A stretch of DNA of 64,000 nt from Paraspadella gotoi (GCA_051294375.1 CM119268.1:554415-618414); one strand, 5' to 3'. Shown: positions 1-15,200, counted from the first letter of the stretch. Made by a program: numbers and translations. Notes: generated by a model from the letters alone, not told the origin.

Positions 1-125
1 ATTTCGATAAAGAAATCAATCTGTCGATTCTATCAATTGAAAAAGTAATCAATCAATCAATCAATAAAGAATTTAAGAGTAGAGAGAGAGAGAGAGACAC
101 CTCCCTCCATCCCCCCCTTCCCTAG

Positions 126-483
126 GTCAACGCTTGCCCCTCATTCGCGAGTTCAACTGCGGTAACCAATCGTCTTTGTGCCAACGTCATTGAGGACGCG
201 ATGAAAGTCGTTTTGGACAGAAAGAAAAACCCAAGGGCAAGCACTGGCCGATTCGTCCTCTTGTATAAGGTAGGAGGAAGCAAGCAATGCCGAGAAAAGC
301 AAGCAAGATTAATAATGTAATGGGTTCTAGGAATGCGGTCCCTCTAAGATGAGCTTGACGAAGAAAATACACGAATGTCCATTGTTGAAGGTGAGAGAGA
401 AAGAGAGCATGAGAGCACCAAGAAGAGATGAAAGAGAGAGAAAGAGAGAGCAGAGAGAGAAAGAGGAGGAGAGAGAAGAGAGA

Positions 484-567
<84 letters not shown>

Positions 568-1077
568 TATAAAAAAGCGGTACGGAGGGAAGAAGAGATG
601 ATTGAGAGAGAGTGGAGAGAGAGATAGAGATAGAAAGAGTATGAAGTTGAGCAGAGCCAAAGCGATGGGGTGAGAGAATGAGAAAGAAAAAGGGAGAGAG
701 AAGAGAAAGAGAGCGAGAGAGAAGAGAGAGAGAGAGAGAGAAGAGAGAGAAGAGAGATGAGAGAGATGAGAGAGAGAGAGAGAGAGAGAGATGGATAAAT
801 ATGAAAGAGAGAGAGGTAAAATAAAAAATTAATTTGCATTTTTCAGATTCAAGGAAAATCTATCTCTTCCCCCAAAACGAAAAAGGAGGAAGGAGAAGAA
901 GAAAAAGAAAAAGAGAAAGAAAATAAAGAGAAAGAAGAAGAGGAAGAAGGAGAGAAAGAAATTAAAGAGGAAGAAGGAGAGAAAAAAATTAAAGAGGAAG
1001 AAGGAGAGAAAAAAATTAAAGAGGAAGGAGAGAAAGAAATTAAAGAAAATAAAAATTCCGAAGAAAAAAAATCATGA
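126..1077 (+). CDS. 3' exons of a TTLL3/TTLL8-family tubulin glycylase (paralogue A; gene starts upstream of the window)
   Basis: AG/GT-bounded exon 126-269 encodes VNACPSFASSTAVTNRLCANVIEDAMKVVLDRKKNPRASTGRFVLLYK, resembling the TTLL3/8 C-terminal INASP...LC..V..D.L.VV.DR...TG.F.L.YK segment; probable last exon 847-1077 encodes IQGKSI plus an E/K-rich tail. Confidence 0.8.
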
Positions 1078-1462
1078 ACGAATGAAAAAGATGAAGACGA
1101 TTACTACTACTAGTCTACTACTATTACTACTATTACTACTATTATTACTATTACTAGTATTACTACTACTACTATTACTACTATTACTACTACGACGACG
1201 ACGACGACGCCTCACATTAAACGACTTTCACTTGACTTTCACTCGACTTTCACTCGACTTTCACTCGACTTTCACTCGACTTTCACTCGACTTGTGTGAA
1301 ACAGACGACGACGACGACAAAAGCTCCTTTCTCATCTTTGCTCTAATAATCGATAAATTCAAGGAATAAAATCGCGGTTTGTATGTTTGAAAGAATTAAA
1401 CTGACAATTAAAACATTTTTTTGAAATCTTAAACCGCTTTATCAATAGGGCAGTCATGTTCT

Positions 1463-1760
1463 CTCGGAGTGAATAAACTTGACTGTGAGAGAGTCTTGAT
1501 TGAAAGTTTGCCGGATCCTGTTAAGTCATTATCTTGTAATAAGGATGGAGGCCTTAAGCCACCAAAGCCTGTCCGAAATCAGGGGCAACGGTGAGACATA
1601 GGTGATGCCCAGGGTGTGAGGCATCTCCAGACAGTTGGTGCAGTGACCACCCCACGTCACTGGCGTGGTTATGCCGACACCATCACACTTGACCGTGAGG
1701 GGATTGAACTCGGAACTCACGGTTGTTAAACGAGTATTTAACTGTCCAAGCCAATGGGAC
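1463..1760 (-). mobile_element. tRNA-derived SINE-like element, family 1
   Basis: Minus strand opens with A-box-like TGGCTTGGACAGTTAA and B-box-like GAGTTCAATCCC; body recurs at 9600-9725 (+) and as fragments at ~29755-29810 and ~38600-38680. Confidence 0.55.
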
Positions 1761-2444
1761 GATCGCAGTTTCCCTAAGCTTTGCGGGAGGAGAATTTAGG
1801 ATTCGCCACAATGTAAACATTATTGCCCAATGATAATAATTACCTTTAAAAGCAGTATGCTAATAAAAATAGTATGCTAATAAATTCGAGGTTCATTTTA
1901 AATTTGACTTCACTGTTCAGATAGATTTCGCAAATTTCTCAACAACTTATTGGCGAGCCGTTCTCTTTCCCTCTTTTTCGGCCTTCAATTACAAATTTAC
2001 AATTATGTAGCAACTGGTTGTAATGCCGAAGTGGAGCACCGCCTCAATCAATGACTGACAGATCGACAAAGAGACAGACGGATGTGCTTCTCATTAATTC
2101 TTGACTCAAATGAGAGAATCAAAGAAACGACTTTTAACGTAATTTTGTATTTTTTTTTTCCATTTTTTTTTCTTTACTTTTACTTTACAATTTTTTTTAA
2201 ATCTAAAAAGTAAATAAATAAAATGAGATGTCGCTCGTTTTAAACAAAAGGTTCGTAATCATTTTTTAATGTTTTGTATATTCTCTCTCTCTCTCTCTCT
2301 CCCTCGTCATCCGTCTCTCATCTTCTCGCTCTCCTCTCTCCTCCTCTCCTCTCTTCTCTCCTCCCATCGTCAACAAAGTATTGAGTCGTTGATTTAATTT
2401 AATTAATTTAAAGTTAATAACAAAAGAGGATCTTGTCAGTAATA

Positions 2445-3500
2445 TTTAGTCGGATCTGCTTATCAGCAGATCCCGACTCTATAAACTCACTTTTTTATAC
2501 TCACTTTCGGTCCTCCGCGTCCGCCCCCTCAATATTGTCGGGCACACACTTATATCATGTCAGAACATCGAATTATGATAAATTATGCAAAAAAAATGAT
2601 GCCGTCCGTTCTCGTCTGTCTGTCCGTCCGTCCGTCCGTCCGTCCGTCCGTCCGTGTCCGCCGTCCGTCCGTCCGTCCGTCCGTCCGTCCGTCCCACCTT
2701 AGCAAAAAACACCAATTACTCGTGATTGGATGGATGATTTAAATGAAATTTTGTGTGTGGTAGGTAAGTGTGTGATTGAGCTGGATATTAAGTTCGATGG
2801 AATCGTCCGAGTGGAAATGAGTTAAAATGGAAAAACAAAAAAAATATATTCACTATTGAACACCAATTTCTCATGAGTGGATGGGCTGATTGACCTCGGA
2901 ATTTTGTATGTGGGTAGGAAAGTGTGTGATTGAACAGGAAATCAAGTTTCGATGAATAGTTTGAGTGGAAATGAGTTTAAATGGAAAAAAAAAAAAAAAA
3001 CCTGTTTTACTAATTGATTATGCTTCTTTTTCCTTTTATATTAAATGGATCTGCAGGATGTATTAATAAATCAAATAATTAATCAGTTAATTAATCAATT
3101 AGTAAATAAATTAATCAATAATTAATTAATTAGTCAATCAATCCGTCCATCCGTCCCATCTTAGCAAAAAGCTCCAATAACTCGTGATTGGCTGGTTGGA
3201 TTGGAATTAAATTTTGTGTGTGGGTAGGAAAGTGTTGTGATAAAGCTGGATATAAATTTCGATGGAATCGTGTGAGTGGAAATTAGTTTAAATGAAAAAA
3301 CATAAGTCGAATTTACTAAAATCTTTTTACTTATTTTAACCAATAAATACTCCAATTAATCATAATTGGATGGATAGATTGAGTTGAAAATTTGTGTGTG
3401 TGGTAGGAAAACGTATGACGAAGCTGATAAAGTTTCAGTGGAAACGTACCAGTGGAAATGAGTTTAAATGAAAAAAAATATGAGTCACATTTACTTGAAT
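2445..3500 (+). mobile_element. DINE-1/HINE-like (Helentron-derived) non-autonomous repeat, family A
   Basis: Terminal palindrome AGTCGGATCTGC..GCAGATCCCGACT, (CCGT)n microsatellite, then internal repeats (..GAAATTTTGTGTGTGGGTAGG..); copies at 19180-19520, 23660-24010, 5630-5720 (-) and 24350-24385 (-). Confidence 0.6.
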
Positions 3501-3959
3501 CTTTTTATTTTTTTAACCCATGATAGATTGAGATGAAATTTTGAGGAGAGTGAGAGAGAGAGAGAGAGTGAGAGAGAAGAGAGAGAGTGAGAGAGAGAGA
3601 GAGAGAAGGAGACATAAAATATAAAAAAATCTTAAAAGACTCAAGATCGAGCCAGAGCCCACTATCATAGAAAATTAATGAAAAAAACGCGGAAAAAAAC
3701 GAATGAATCATGCGATAACGAATTTGTTGTGTACTAGTAATTGATTGAGTAATACTAATTGATTGATGTAATATAATTTATTGATGTAATAGGAATTGAT
3801 TATTGATTCGATGATAATCAATTATTATGCCATGATAGTCATCACTGCTGTGATGATAGTCATTCAGTGATGCGATGATTGTCATTCATTGATTCGATGA
3901 TTGTCATTCAATGCTGCGATGATAGTCAATAAAACAAACAAATGCGTGTATGAGTGAAA

Positions 3960-4021
<62 letters not shown>

Positions 4022-4518
4022 AGAAAGAAAGAGAGAGAGAGAAAGAGGAGAGAGAGAAGAGAGAAAGAAAGAGAATAAATCCACGAAAATCTCGGATGAA
4101 AATATTGGATTTTGTATTGAAAAAAAGCGCGGAATAAATGGCAATAATAAAAAGTTTTTAGAAGGAAAAAATAATACAGAATTTTTCAAAAAACAAAACG
4201 ATCACGCAAAAGATCGGACAGATAGGACAGACACACAGAGAGAGACAGAGAGACAGAGAGAGAGAGAGAAAAAGAGAGAGAGAGAGAGACAGCCGCTGCA
4301 GAGAAAAAGAGAAAAGAAAAGAGCGATATATAATAATTAAAAGAAAGAGAGAGAAGAGAAGCTCTACAGCCCCTTTACTCGTTAAGAAAGTCAGCAGTAC
4401 TTATGGCGCCGCACGTAGCGTGAGCTATTCTCTACCCAAAGGACCCGGGTTCGCGCCCTGTTCGCGGCATCGTTTTTTACATTAGTGAACCCACATTATA
4501 TCTAAAAAATTTTTTGTA

Positions 4519-4563
<45 letters not shown>

Positions 4564-5962
4564 AGCTGGACAGACGCTGCAGAGCCGGAACTCATTTTTA
4601 GAAGAAACAGTCGAGGAGAAAAAGAGAGAGAGAGAGAGCGACATATAATTAAAACGTTTTTGTTTTGTAAATAAAACATAAACAAATACCAATATTGATA
4701 TGAAACATGAGAATTTTAAAGATCTTGATGATTAGAAGCCATATATGAAAATTCAACTCCCTATGATATCACACTTTCAGAAGCCATGATTGCAAAAAAG
4801 CGAGACCGAAAGCTAAACCGAAAAAAAATCTAGACAGGACGGGCTTTGCCCGCCTGGCTCGATAATAGAGGATATTTGTTTGTTTTGATAAAATGTAAAC
4901 AAAACATTTAATAACTGTCCTGACTCAATTTTAAGGACATCGATGAACAAGCTGAATATAAATTATAATTAATCTATTAATTAATTAATTAATTAATCTA
5001 TTTAATTAATTAATTAATCTATTAATTAATTAATTAATTAATTAATCAATAATTAATTAATTATCGTAGGCCAGATCCCGACATTGTTTGCTCAAACTTG
5101 TTTAAATAGACTCCAATAAATTAATTAGTTTCCGTTCAAATTTTGTCTCTTTAAATTCTGTTATGTCCAAAGTTTATCATTTTGTAAATTCAGAAGAACT
5201 CGGCGTCTATATTTTGTAAACATTTTTAATAGTAGAATAAACAAAGGAAGAGAGACGAGAGAGAGGCTGGGAATATTAGTCACTCCATTTCTAGATTCTT
5301 TAGAATTAACATTGTTTTTATTTTCCCTGTAACTTTTTTATTAAATTAACTTGTCAATCAACAATTATTTCAGGTAACTTCGAAACTAAGACTAGTCAAT
5401 AATTCCTAAACCTAGCTCTCTATTTAACATTTTTGAGGGTCAAATGTCACGTTACCGACAATCTACGTTTCAACAACGAATTAAACATATTCAAAACAAT
5501 AATTAATGGAATTAAGATACAACGAGGTTAAAATAGTTGATAATAATAAATTCGATAGGAGGGAAAAAAATACAAGTTTTTGGTTCAAATCGTGACTTTT
5601 TGGAAAAGAATGAAAATGTTATTCAAATCCATCCAATCACGAGTAATTAGAGTTTAAAGCTAAGGGGGGACGGACAGACGGACGGACGGACATCTTTTTT
5701 TTGCATAATTTATCAGAGAATTGACAAAGTTTTTTGTTTGCAACGAATTTTATTTTTTTGATTCAACAGACATGTTTCGACTTGTTTTTACAAGCCTTCA
5801 TCAGCGTTTTGACAGTTAGTTTGAAATTTGAGGAGAGAGGGAGAGAGAGAGAGAGAGTAGGTTGAAAGTTTTCCAACAAAGTGGTGAGACAATAGTGGTC
5901 AGATGAGAGGACAGGTCAAGGTGAGGACAGATTGAATAAGTTGTGAAAAAGAAGTGAAACTT

Positions 5963-5995
<33 letters not shown>

Positions 5996-6120
5996 CAACA
6001 GGGATAAATAAATAATAAATGATACATTGTGCTATGTACAACAAAGATAAATGCTTTGAAAAACTAAAATTAGTGAAATTTAACAATTATTAGATAATTG
6101 TTAAATTTAATTTACACAAA

Positions 6121-6230
<110 letters not shown>

Positions 6231-6236
6231 CCATAG

Positions 6237-9200
6237 AATTTCCGTCGTCAACGACTCCAACAAAATCGACAACGAAAATAAAATTCCAACGAAAAAAAAA
6301 TCAAAAACTAGAGAAAGGCCAATGACCACGGCTTCTACAGGGTGTCCTAATGGTACTGTCTGTTAATTAAAGCTTACTGTTCCTATATCAGATCGAAAAA
6401 CTTGAATTCATTATCATGAATAAGCAAAAGTATGGACCATTTTATAAGATGCCTAAATTTTAAAAATTGAACATAGCAAACTCTTGTAGTTAATACATAA
6501 TGTAATTGGTAACAATTTTTTTTCAAAGATTTTTAAATTACATTTGTTTTATTATTTAAATATTTAAATATTTAAAATTTTTTATAATAATGAATAAATA
6601 ATATTTTAAATCGTTTCCTTAGATGCAGGACGGTAAGAAATTTCATATTTTTAGCTACCGAGCTCTTATAATACAGTATTTATTTTGTTAAAATAATTGA
6701 TTGAATAAATAGCAAGCAATTTGTTCTTAGTTAATGATTCAATCGCTCACAACTTTAAAAAATGGAATTTAAATATCAAAATAATTCATACATTTTTATT
6801 ATTTTTTTACTTTTTGTATATATGCATTTTTTTAATAATACACTTATTTATACAAAATTAAAATTTGAATAATTTGTATCAATTTCAAATATTGTTATAC
6901 AATTTTTTTAATAAAATTTATTTTAAAATATAAAACATAATTTAAAAATTCCAAAAGTGAAAAACTAGGACTCATTTAAATTGTATTTTTGCGAAGAAAA
7001 AAGTATAAAAATAGAATTCGAAAAATATTAACATAAATGGTATCTTTGACATTCTTATCTCAGAACTAAGATTTAACAACACAGTTCTGCAATATATGTA
7101 AGAGTTAAGGGACAGTACCATTGGGACACACTATATGACAAAAGCTTCCATGACAAAAGCTTTAGTGACACAGGCTTTGAAGACAAAGACTCCGTCTCCA
7201 GCTTTGCCGGTTCTGCGCTGCAGCGTCGATTACAGCGTCGCTCTGCAACGACTTCGACGCGCGAAAGAAATCGGGATTTTGGTACAAAAACTCAAAAATT
7301 GACTGACTGCGCGATTAAAAATGACTACACAATTATGAAACACATGCACAAGAAGCATTTAGTAATGTCTTACCAGTCTGCCAAGTATTAACTAAAATAA
7401 CTTTATTCACTAGTTTATTTATGACACACAATGCATCTGAATTCCGTCTTTTATTATTTATAGTTTTATCAGTCACTTAGATTTGAGGTTTTTTCCTGTC
7501 TTAACAAATGAACAACCAATTATAGGCGAGTTATGAGCATTTTTAATGTAAGTGGGACAGACTGACGAACAGACATAGCGACCGACCGACAGACCGACCA
7601 AAAAGTTGTAGAAAAACAAAAAAAAACTGAAACGAGGCGTCTTTATAAAACAGTTCCTGAAAAATTAAGTGTTCCTAAAACTTTCTTCAGGCTTCCGAAC
7701 AAGGAAGCGTTTGCCTTTTGTCTGGAAATGGTTATTACTTTGCGCGAGAGGCGATAAGACGAAGAGGTTGGGTGGAGAAAGTGGAAGATACAAAGAAACA
7801 GGTTAGAGAGATGCGAGGAATTGTAAGAAAACAGAAAACAGAAAACGGAAAGAAGAGTTTGAGAAGTTAGAACAGGTTTTGAAAAAAAAGAAGACAGCTC
7901 TGAGAAGGTAAACAAAAACGGTAATTCAAGTTTGTTGCGCCTGTGTATTTATGACAAGCAAATTGAAGCAATGCATCGGAATGGAAAGAAATAACTCCGG
8001 CTATAAAATTGAGAATGACATTTTACAGTCAAGTTCGGTTAAATAGTTAAATAGTTCGGTTTAAGTTTTTTTTTGGGGGGGGGTTTATTGATCCTCTTCA
8101 CAAAGAAGTAAGACGTCTAAGCTCATGGCAGGAGAGTTGTAATTAAATAATATCTTAGGTCGATATTTTATGATATGATAGTTCAAGTTTGATAATAAAT
8201 CAATCAATTTTCATATTTCAGATCGACGCTTGCATGAGCGTAGAATCGTTTTACGCTTCCGACCTGACTCCACAAACTTCGCGTTCGCCTCTCAACCTTC
8301 GCTTCCGGTCCGGAATCGCTCATCTTGCCACTTCTCAGCCTTCTTCGGACGCCATCCCTACCACTTCTTATCGCCAGCGTCGTCTCGATGCCATTTGCCA
8401 TATCTATGGCGCCGAAATGGCAGAGATGCCACTTCTCATGCGAGATGCCATCCCGCGATTCTGCTGGACTTCAGGTGAAAGAAAACGTGAGGGGAAAAGA
8501 AAGAAAAGAAAACTAAAATTATTATTTATTCAAAAATTACTGAAATAAATGACTTATGACCCTATTAGGCTATAATCTGCTTATATTTGTAAATACCACA
8601 TTATTACCGTCTGTAATCACTCTATTTTATTGAAGAGCATATATAAAGGAGCATATACAAGAAACTGAAAAGTTTTTTTCTCATTGCCGGAAATATATTA
8701 AGCTAAAACGAAAAAAAAAGTAAAAAAGTCATGATTTTTGATAACTTAATGATTAAAATATATTTTTTATGTAATCACGTCTACATGTAAAATTTAATTA
8801 GAAAAAAAGTAACTTCCAATTTCAAAAGAAGCGTAAATACATGTTAAAATACCAAATCGGAGTAAAATGATATCAAGTATTAAATTAATCCTCTTAAGAA
8901 TATTTACTACAATATGCAAATGAGATTATATTAAACAAAAATATCAGTCGGTGACGAATGGGCGCGAAATTTGACGATCTCTCGTTCCGACGTCGTGTGG
9001 AATCACTTTTTGTCTCGAGGAGGATCCTTCGTGACTAAGGAAGGACTTTGTGATTTGGTGAACGACGAAGGGAAAGTGAAAGGTAAGTTAAAGATTGCTT
9101 GGGAAAGGTGTAATACTTAGGAATATGAACATGAATATATATGAATCTATCTGGGTAGTTTGGTTTGGGTTTTCCACTTTATCTCTCTCTCTTTCTCTCT

Positions 9201-12200
9201 CTCTCCAGCTTTAGGCATCGAAAAACACGACATTGTCCCGCGGACTTACCGACTAAACCGCCCAGAGGAAATGGCCGACTTCGTGATTGACTTTAAGTTG
9301 TCGGCTTGTGTGAATCTCCTTAAGTATCTCGTCGGGAATTGTCGGCTGAAGGAGGAGGAAGATGAGGAGGAAGAGGATGAGGAGGAGGAAGAGAAAAAAG
9401 GAGGAGGAGGAGGAGGAGGAGGAAGATTAAAAAATGAAAAGGAAAAGATGGAGGATAAACTTTTGGTAATTATGAGTTTAATATAATATTTAATATGTAA
9501 TTTTCGAAATATTTAATTTTTAAAATTTAATGTAATATTTAATGAAATTGGTACATCCAATAAAAAAATTATCCATTCATTTAATAAATAAGCTATCTTG
9601 CCCCTGACTTTGGACAGGCATTAGTGGTTTAAGGCCTCCATCACTCTTACAAGATAATGACATAGCAGGTCCCTGCAAGCTTTCAACCAAGACTCTCTCA
9701 CAGTCTCGTTTATTCACTCCCAGAGTACCTGGCTTCCCTATCAATGAAATGGTATAATATTTCAAAGAATGTTTCAATTGTATGTTAATATATAATTTCT
9801 TTAATATTGGATGTATATTCAATTTCTTAAATCGAGATATTGGTCATTTAAAATTTTAAATCTTAAATCTTAAATCTTAAATCTTAAATCTTAAGTGGAG
9901 ATAGTGGTCATTTAATGCAATTAATTATCAAATCGCTTAATAGACTCTGGGAGATTTAGTTAGTTAGTTTTAGATATTATGTTGCTATTATGTTATTAGC
10001 CTGACTCTTTAATTAATAAGTTTTATATTTTTTTTTTGCGTTAATACACAAGCATGTCGAACAAGCAACGACGACGACGACGACGACGACGACAATACCG
10101 AACTCATTTCCGGCTCGCATCTCGGAACTGATTATCCAAACTGCGATGAAACAATTGAAAACAGTTTTAGTTCATCACAATCACGTGATGCGTAATGGAA
10201 CCGCGGCGCTGACGGATGTGACAGGTGAGAAGTGAAGAGAAGAGGAGGATAGAGGAGAAATAGAAAAGAGAGGCGAATATTACAGAACAACAGACAGACA
10301 TACCGACCAACCGACCGACCAACAGAATGACCGACCAACTAAAAATAAATTTGATTCTGAATTTAGATTAAAATGGATCGCTTTTGGAAAAGAGGGACGA
10401 TTATTCATTCAAAACCTTCACCTATCCCTTCTCACTATTCATTCACAGGCGTGATAGCCGATCAAGCTTGGCCGCGATTGCTCGCGAATATTAAGGTGTG
10501 AAATGTCACAGTGAAGCATTTAGGTCAACCGACTCTGGGTAGTTCTGCTGTCACTATGAAGTATTTAATTTACATTGTAATAACTGAAATCACAAATTAC
10601 AAAAATTATCCCAGTTTTTCTTATCACTGGTTTATCACTGTCTCATCACTGGTCTTCATCACTGGTCTTATCACTCACTCCAAGGAAATCACCGCCGGGA
10701 ATCGAACCCTCGACCTTTCTCGCGACATTCTCTTCCGTTGCCGATCGATGCTGGGGGAAATTCTCCCCATCACGAAACAACATCACATTGATGGAGACAA
10801 AAACATTTGGATTCTCAAACCACCGAACGCGAGTCGAGGACGAGGGATAGTTATCTCTCAGGTTTGATAGTTATCCCCCAGGGGTGATAGTTATCCCCCG
10901 GGTGTGATAGTTATCTCCCAGATGTGATATATATCTCTTAAAAGTGATAGTTATCTCTTATGAGTGATAGTTATCCTCCAGGTGTGATAGTTATCCTCCA
11001 GGTGTGATAGTTATCTCTCAGGTGAATAATTTTATGTCAATGTGAATAGAAAAGGTTCCAGGATAAGGCTTTCAGTCGTGTCCCAGTGGTTCATCCCCAA
11101 CGGTACAGGGTGATCCAGCTCTAATGGGAATACCTTCAAGTACTGTGGTATGACGCGGAGAGGAGGCAGAGAGCATGCGCTCTAATTATAGCCCTGGATA
11201 GTTCGCGCCCGCATTGGAGCATTCGGAAGTCGATGTATCTCCGCGGACTATTGGCTCGTCAAAGGACGACAGTTCTTGAAGGGATGGTTAGACAATTCCG
11301 CTCTGTATCCTAGCATTTTTAGATCCTCATCAATGGAGAGGTTGCAGTCCAGAGAAAACGGCTCGGTCAAAGAGTCAGAAGTCATTATCTTCATCTTGAT
11401 TTTCGCCAAAATTTCCTAAAAATTTTGTAAGGAAGCGGCGCGAAGAAATTTGACATGTTATTGAATTACAGTAGTTGATGTTGGATTCCAAACCGTTTTG
11501 TGATATCGACCAAAAGAAAATTTAACCCTAGTTTCTAAATAATAGTCCTTTTTTCTTGTTGTAGAGCNNNNNNNNNNNNNNNNNNNNNNNNNNNNNNNNN
11601 NNNNNNNNNNNNNNNNNNNNNNNNNNNNNNNNNNNNNNNNNNNNNNNNNNNNNNNNNNNNNNNNNNNNNNNNNNNNNNNNNNNNNNNNNNNNNNNNNNNN
11701 NNNNNNNNNNNNNNNNNNNNNNNNNNNNNNNNNNNNNNNNNNNNNNNNNNNNNNNNNNNNNNNNNNNNNNNNNNNNNNNNNNNNNNNNNNNNNNNNNNNN
11801 NNNNNNNNNNNNNNNNNNNNNNNNNNNNNNNNNNNNNNNNNNNNNNNNNNNNNNNNNNNNNNNNNNNNNNNNNNNNNNNNNNNNNNNNNNNNNNNNNNNN
11901 NNNNNNNNNNNNNNNNNNNNNNNNNNNNNNNNNNNNNNNNNNNNNNNNNNNNNNNNNNNNNNNNNNNNNNNNNNNNNNNNNNNNNNNNNNNNNNNNNNNN
12001 NNNNNNNNNNNNNNNNNNNNNNNNNNNNNNNNNNNNNNNNNNNNNNNNNNNNNNNNNNNNNNNNNNNNNNNNNNNNNNNNNNNNNNNNNNNNNNNNNNNN
12101 NNNNNNNNNNNNNNNNNNNNNNNNNNNNNNNNNNNNNNNNNNNNNNNNNNNNNNNNNNNNNNNNNNNNNNNNNNNNNNNNNNNNNNNNNNNNNNNNNNNN

Positions 12201-15200
12201 NNNNNNNNNNNNNNNNNNNNNNNNNNNNNNNNNNNNNNNNNNNNNNNNNNNNNNNNNNNNNNNNNNNNNNNNNNNNNNNNNNNNNNNNNNNNNNNNNNNN
12301 NNNNNNNNNNNNNNNNNNNNNNNNNNNNNNNNNNNNNNNNNNNNNNNNNNNNNNNNNNNNNNNNNNNNNNNNNNNNNNNNCTTTGTTTTAATGCGTTTGA
12401 AAGTAAAAAATCACAAAAAATCTGTTGGTACTTTTTTTTTTGGATCTCAAATAGTTTAGGCGGGAAGGACTGTCAGGATAAATGTAAATGGTAAATGATA
12501 AATGATAAATGATCTAATATATTTTTTTTAACAGCCAATATTTATTCTTGTAACTTTTTGTTAATTATTTATCGATCTCTAGTTAATAATTTTTTCAACC
12601 AATAGATTAATAATACTTAATTGATGGATTAATTAAATAATTTTATAATCAATTAGTAAAATTAGTATTCTCACCATTGTCTTATGTCGAATTTATTGTA
12701 TCTTGAATCGTGAGAGGCCGTTCGATGTATTTTGCCAAATGACGGGATCGAGAAGAGGCAATCGATAAAATCTCCTCCAAATCCTAAAATTATATTTTTT
12801 AACAAATTTGATATTTTTTAAAAATTAATTAATGATTGTAGTCGGAATTGCATAAGTTCACCCCGCCTATAGCATGATCTCTCTCTTTTAAACAAATCAA
12901 TTTATAATCGATTACATTGTGTTGCAGATTTTTTAAAAACATAAATTTGTTTTTAAGCGCTCGAATTATATCGCATCAACATCAACAAGCCATACTTGTT
13001 GATATTTGTTGATACTTGTTGATACTTGTTGATACTTGTTGATACTTGTTAATATTTTTACAGGTTGTTTCCGAATACGATACTGCCTGTTTTATCTTTA
13101 ATTTCGTAAATTTACTGCTTAATAAGACTTAAACTTATTTCAATTTCTGTAAGGTAAGTCAACTAAAATTTTTTAAAAAATTTGAAGAATATGCTTAAAT
13201 CGTTATATATTATATATTTGTTATTAACTTTATTTGTTTATAATGCATTAAAAATTCAAAATTGCGTAAGTTACTTATCTAACAATATCATTAATAATTT
13301 AAAATTTGACCATAGCAGTAACTTACTCTCACCTTACCTTTTTACTTATAAACTGTTTATCAAATATAAATTGTATACCTTGCCAGAAGTGTTCTTATAC
13401 TATAAATAAATGCCTTTGTCCATAATTTCAACAGGAATGTTTGAGAATAGAATCAATCAAAAAGTATTTAAATATTTTTCTTAAAATGTGCGCGGAGAAA
13501 ACAGAGTAGTTGCTTTTGCTACATATAATTGAGCATTAATTGATTATGTTTTTTTTCTAAAAAACTTTTATTCGGGCGCTTTTTTTCTCAATACAAAAAT
13601 CCCCAAATTTACATCGAGATTTTCGTGCGAGTACATTTTTAAAAAAAGTGAAGAATTAACTTATATTGACATGCATTGGTCACATGTAAATCAGCTAATG
13701 TGACTTATTTATAATATGCAGCACTGTTCGTCGAGACAATATGCATTACATTTAAAGGAAAATAAATTTGTATTTATTTCTTTATTATTGTAAACTTTGA
13801 ACCGGTGTGGCCCACTACATTGCAAATTAATATCTACCCGATTAGGAGTTGATAAGCAGAGATCATAGTCAGAATTAAACATTACTTTTTGTTATTCTGA
13901 TTAAATTTATACTATTATTAAATTATAAATATTTTTAGTGTTATATATTTAATCATTTTTTATCTTTATTTTTTAAATAATAAATTATTTGAGTTGTAAT
14001 AACTATTTATAAATTAATTAAATATGCAAAATATTAAAATTTGACCTCCGCGGTCTGGTTTCTTCCTAAAAAAAGAACAATCAAAAATTTCATTCAACGA
14101 TTAAATTTTTAAAATGAGGAAAAAAAAATATTTGGCAAGTCAAAAATATCATAGTCGTTAACTGAGATTTTTTAAACTTATATATTTTGTTTAATAGGGA
14201 TTATTAATCTTTGGATCGATATTATTGAAAAGAGTTTAGCTTTATCAAGTTTTTTTTTTCTTCTGAATAGGGGTAGCCCCTCTTCATGGCGGGTGAATCA
14301 AAAATTTAGTATGGGAACATGCTCAAACAAAAATTTATGCCATTTTTAAGTTACTTTCAATGCCTTACAAAAAATTTTCTTATATTGGCTCGCTTTATAC
14401 CCAATATTTTTATTTTGTAAGTATGCTTTTTTATAGAAAGGAAAAGAGTTCGTCCCGTACTCTATTCGTCGGTGAAAATGAGTTCCAGCTCTGCAGCGGC
14501 GGTCCAGCGGCGGCCAGCGGCTGGTCCAGCTTCTCTCTCTCTCTTTTCTCTCCTCTTCTCTCTCCTCTCTCTTTCTCTCTCTCTTTTGTTCCTTTCTTAA
14601 AAACTTTTATTATCGCCATTTATTCCGCGCTTTTTCTCAATACAGAATCCCAAATTTACATCCGAGATTTTCGTGGATTTGTTTCCCTAAAAATTCTGAT
14701 TGCCGTGTTTCGTTGCGGCGGAAAACTGCCAGCCTCTCTCTCTCTCTCTCTCTCTTTCACTCATACACGGCATTTGTTGTGTTTTAGTTTACGATGAATG
14801 AATGGGAACTATCATCGCATCAATTGATGACTAATCATCATGGCTGATCCTTATGCTTTTTAAGATTTTTTTGTTGATGTTTGAGTTGGATTCTCGATTC
14901 ATTTATCGATTAACTTCATTGAATTGTATATTTCATATTTTTTAATTTTTAATTGTTAATTTAAATTTCTATTCTATTTTAATTTATAAGAGGGCTTGAG
15001 ACCAATATATCCTGACAAAAAATTTTAAAAATCACGTACTCTAAAGGGTTTTTAAGAATTTTTCCCGCTTTTAGCTATCAGTTGATATCTTGATTGCTTT
15101 TAAAATAAATTAATAATGGCTCAATNNNNNNNNNNNNNNNNNNNNNNNNNNNNNNNNNNNNNNNNNNNNNNNNNNNNNNNNNNNNNNNNNNNNNNNNNNN

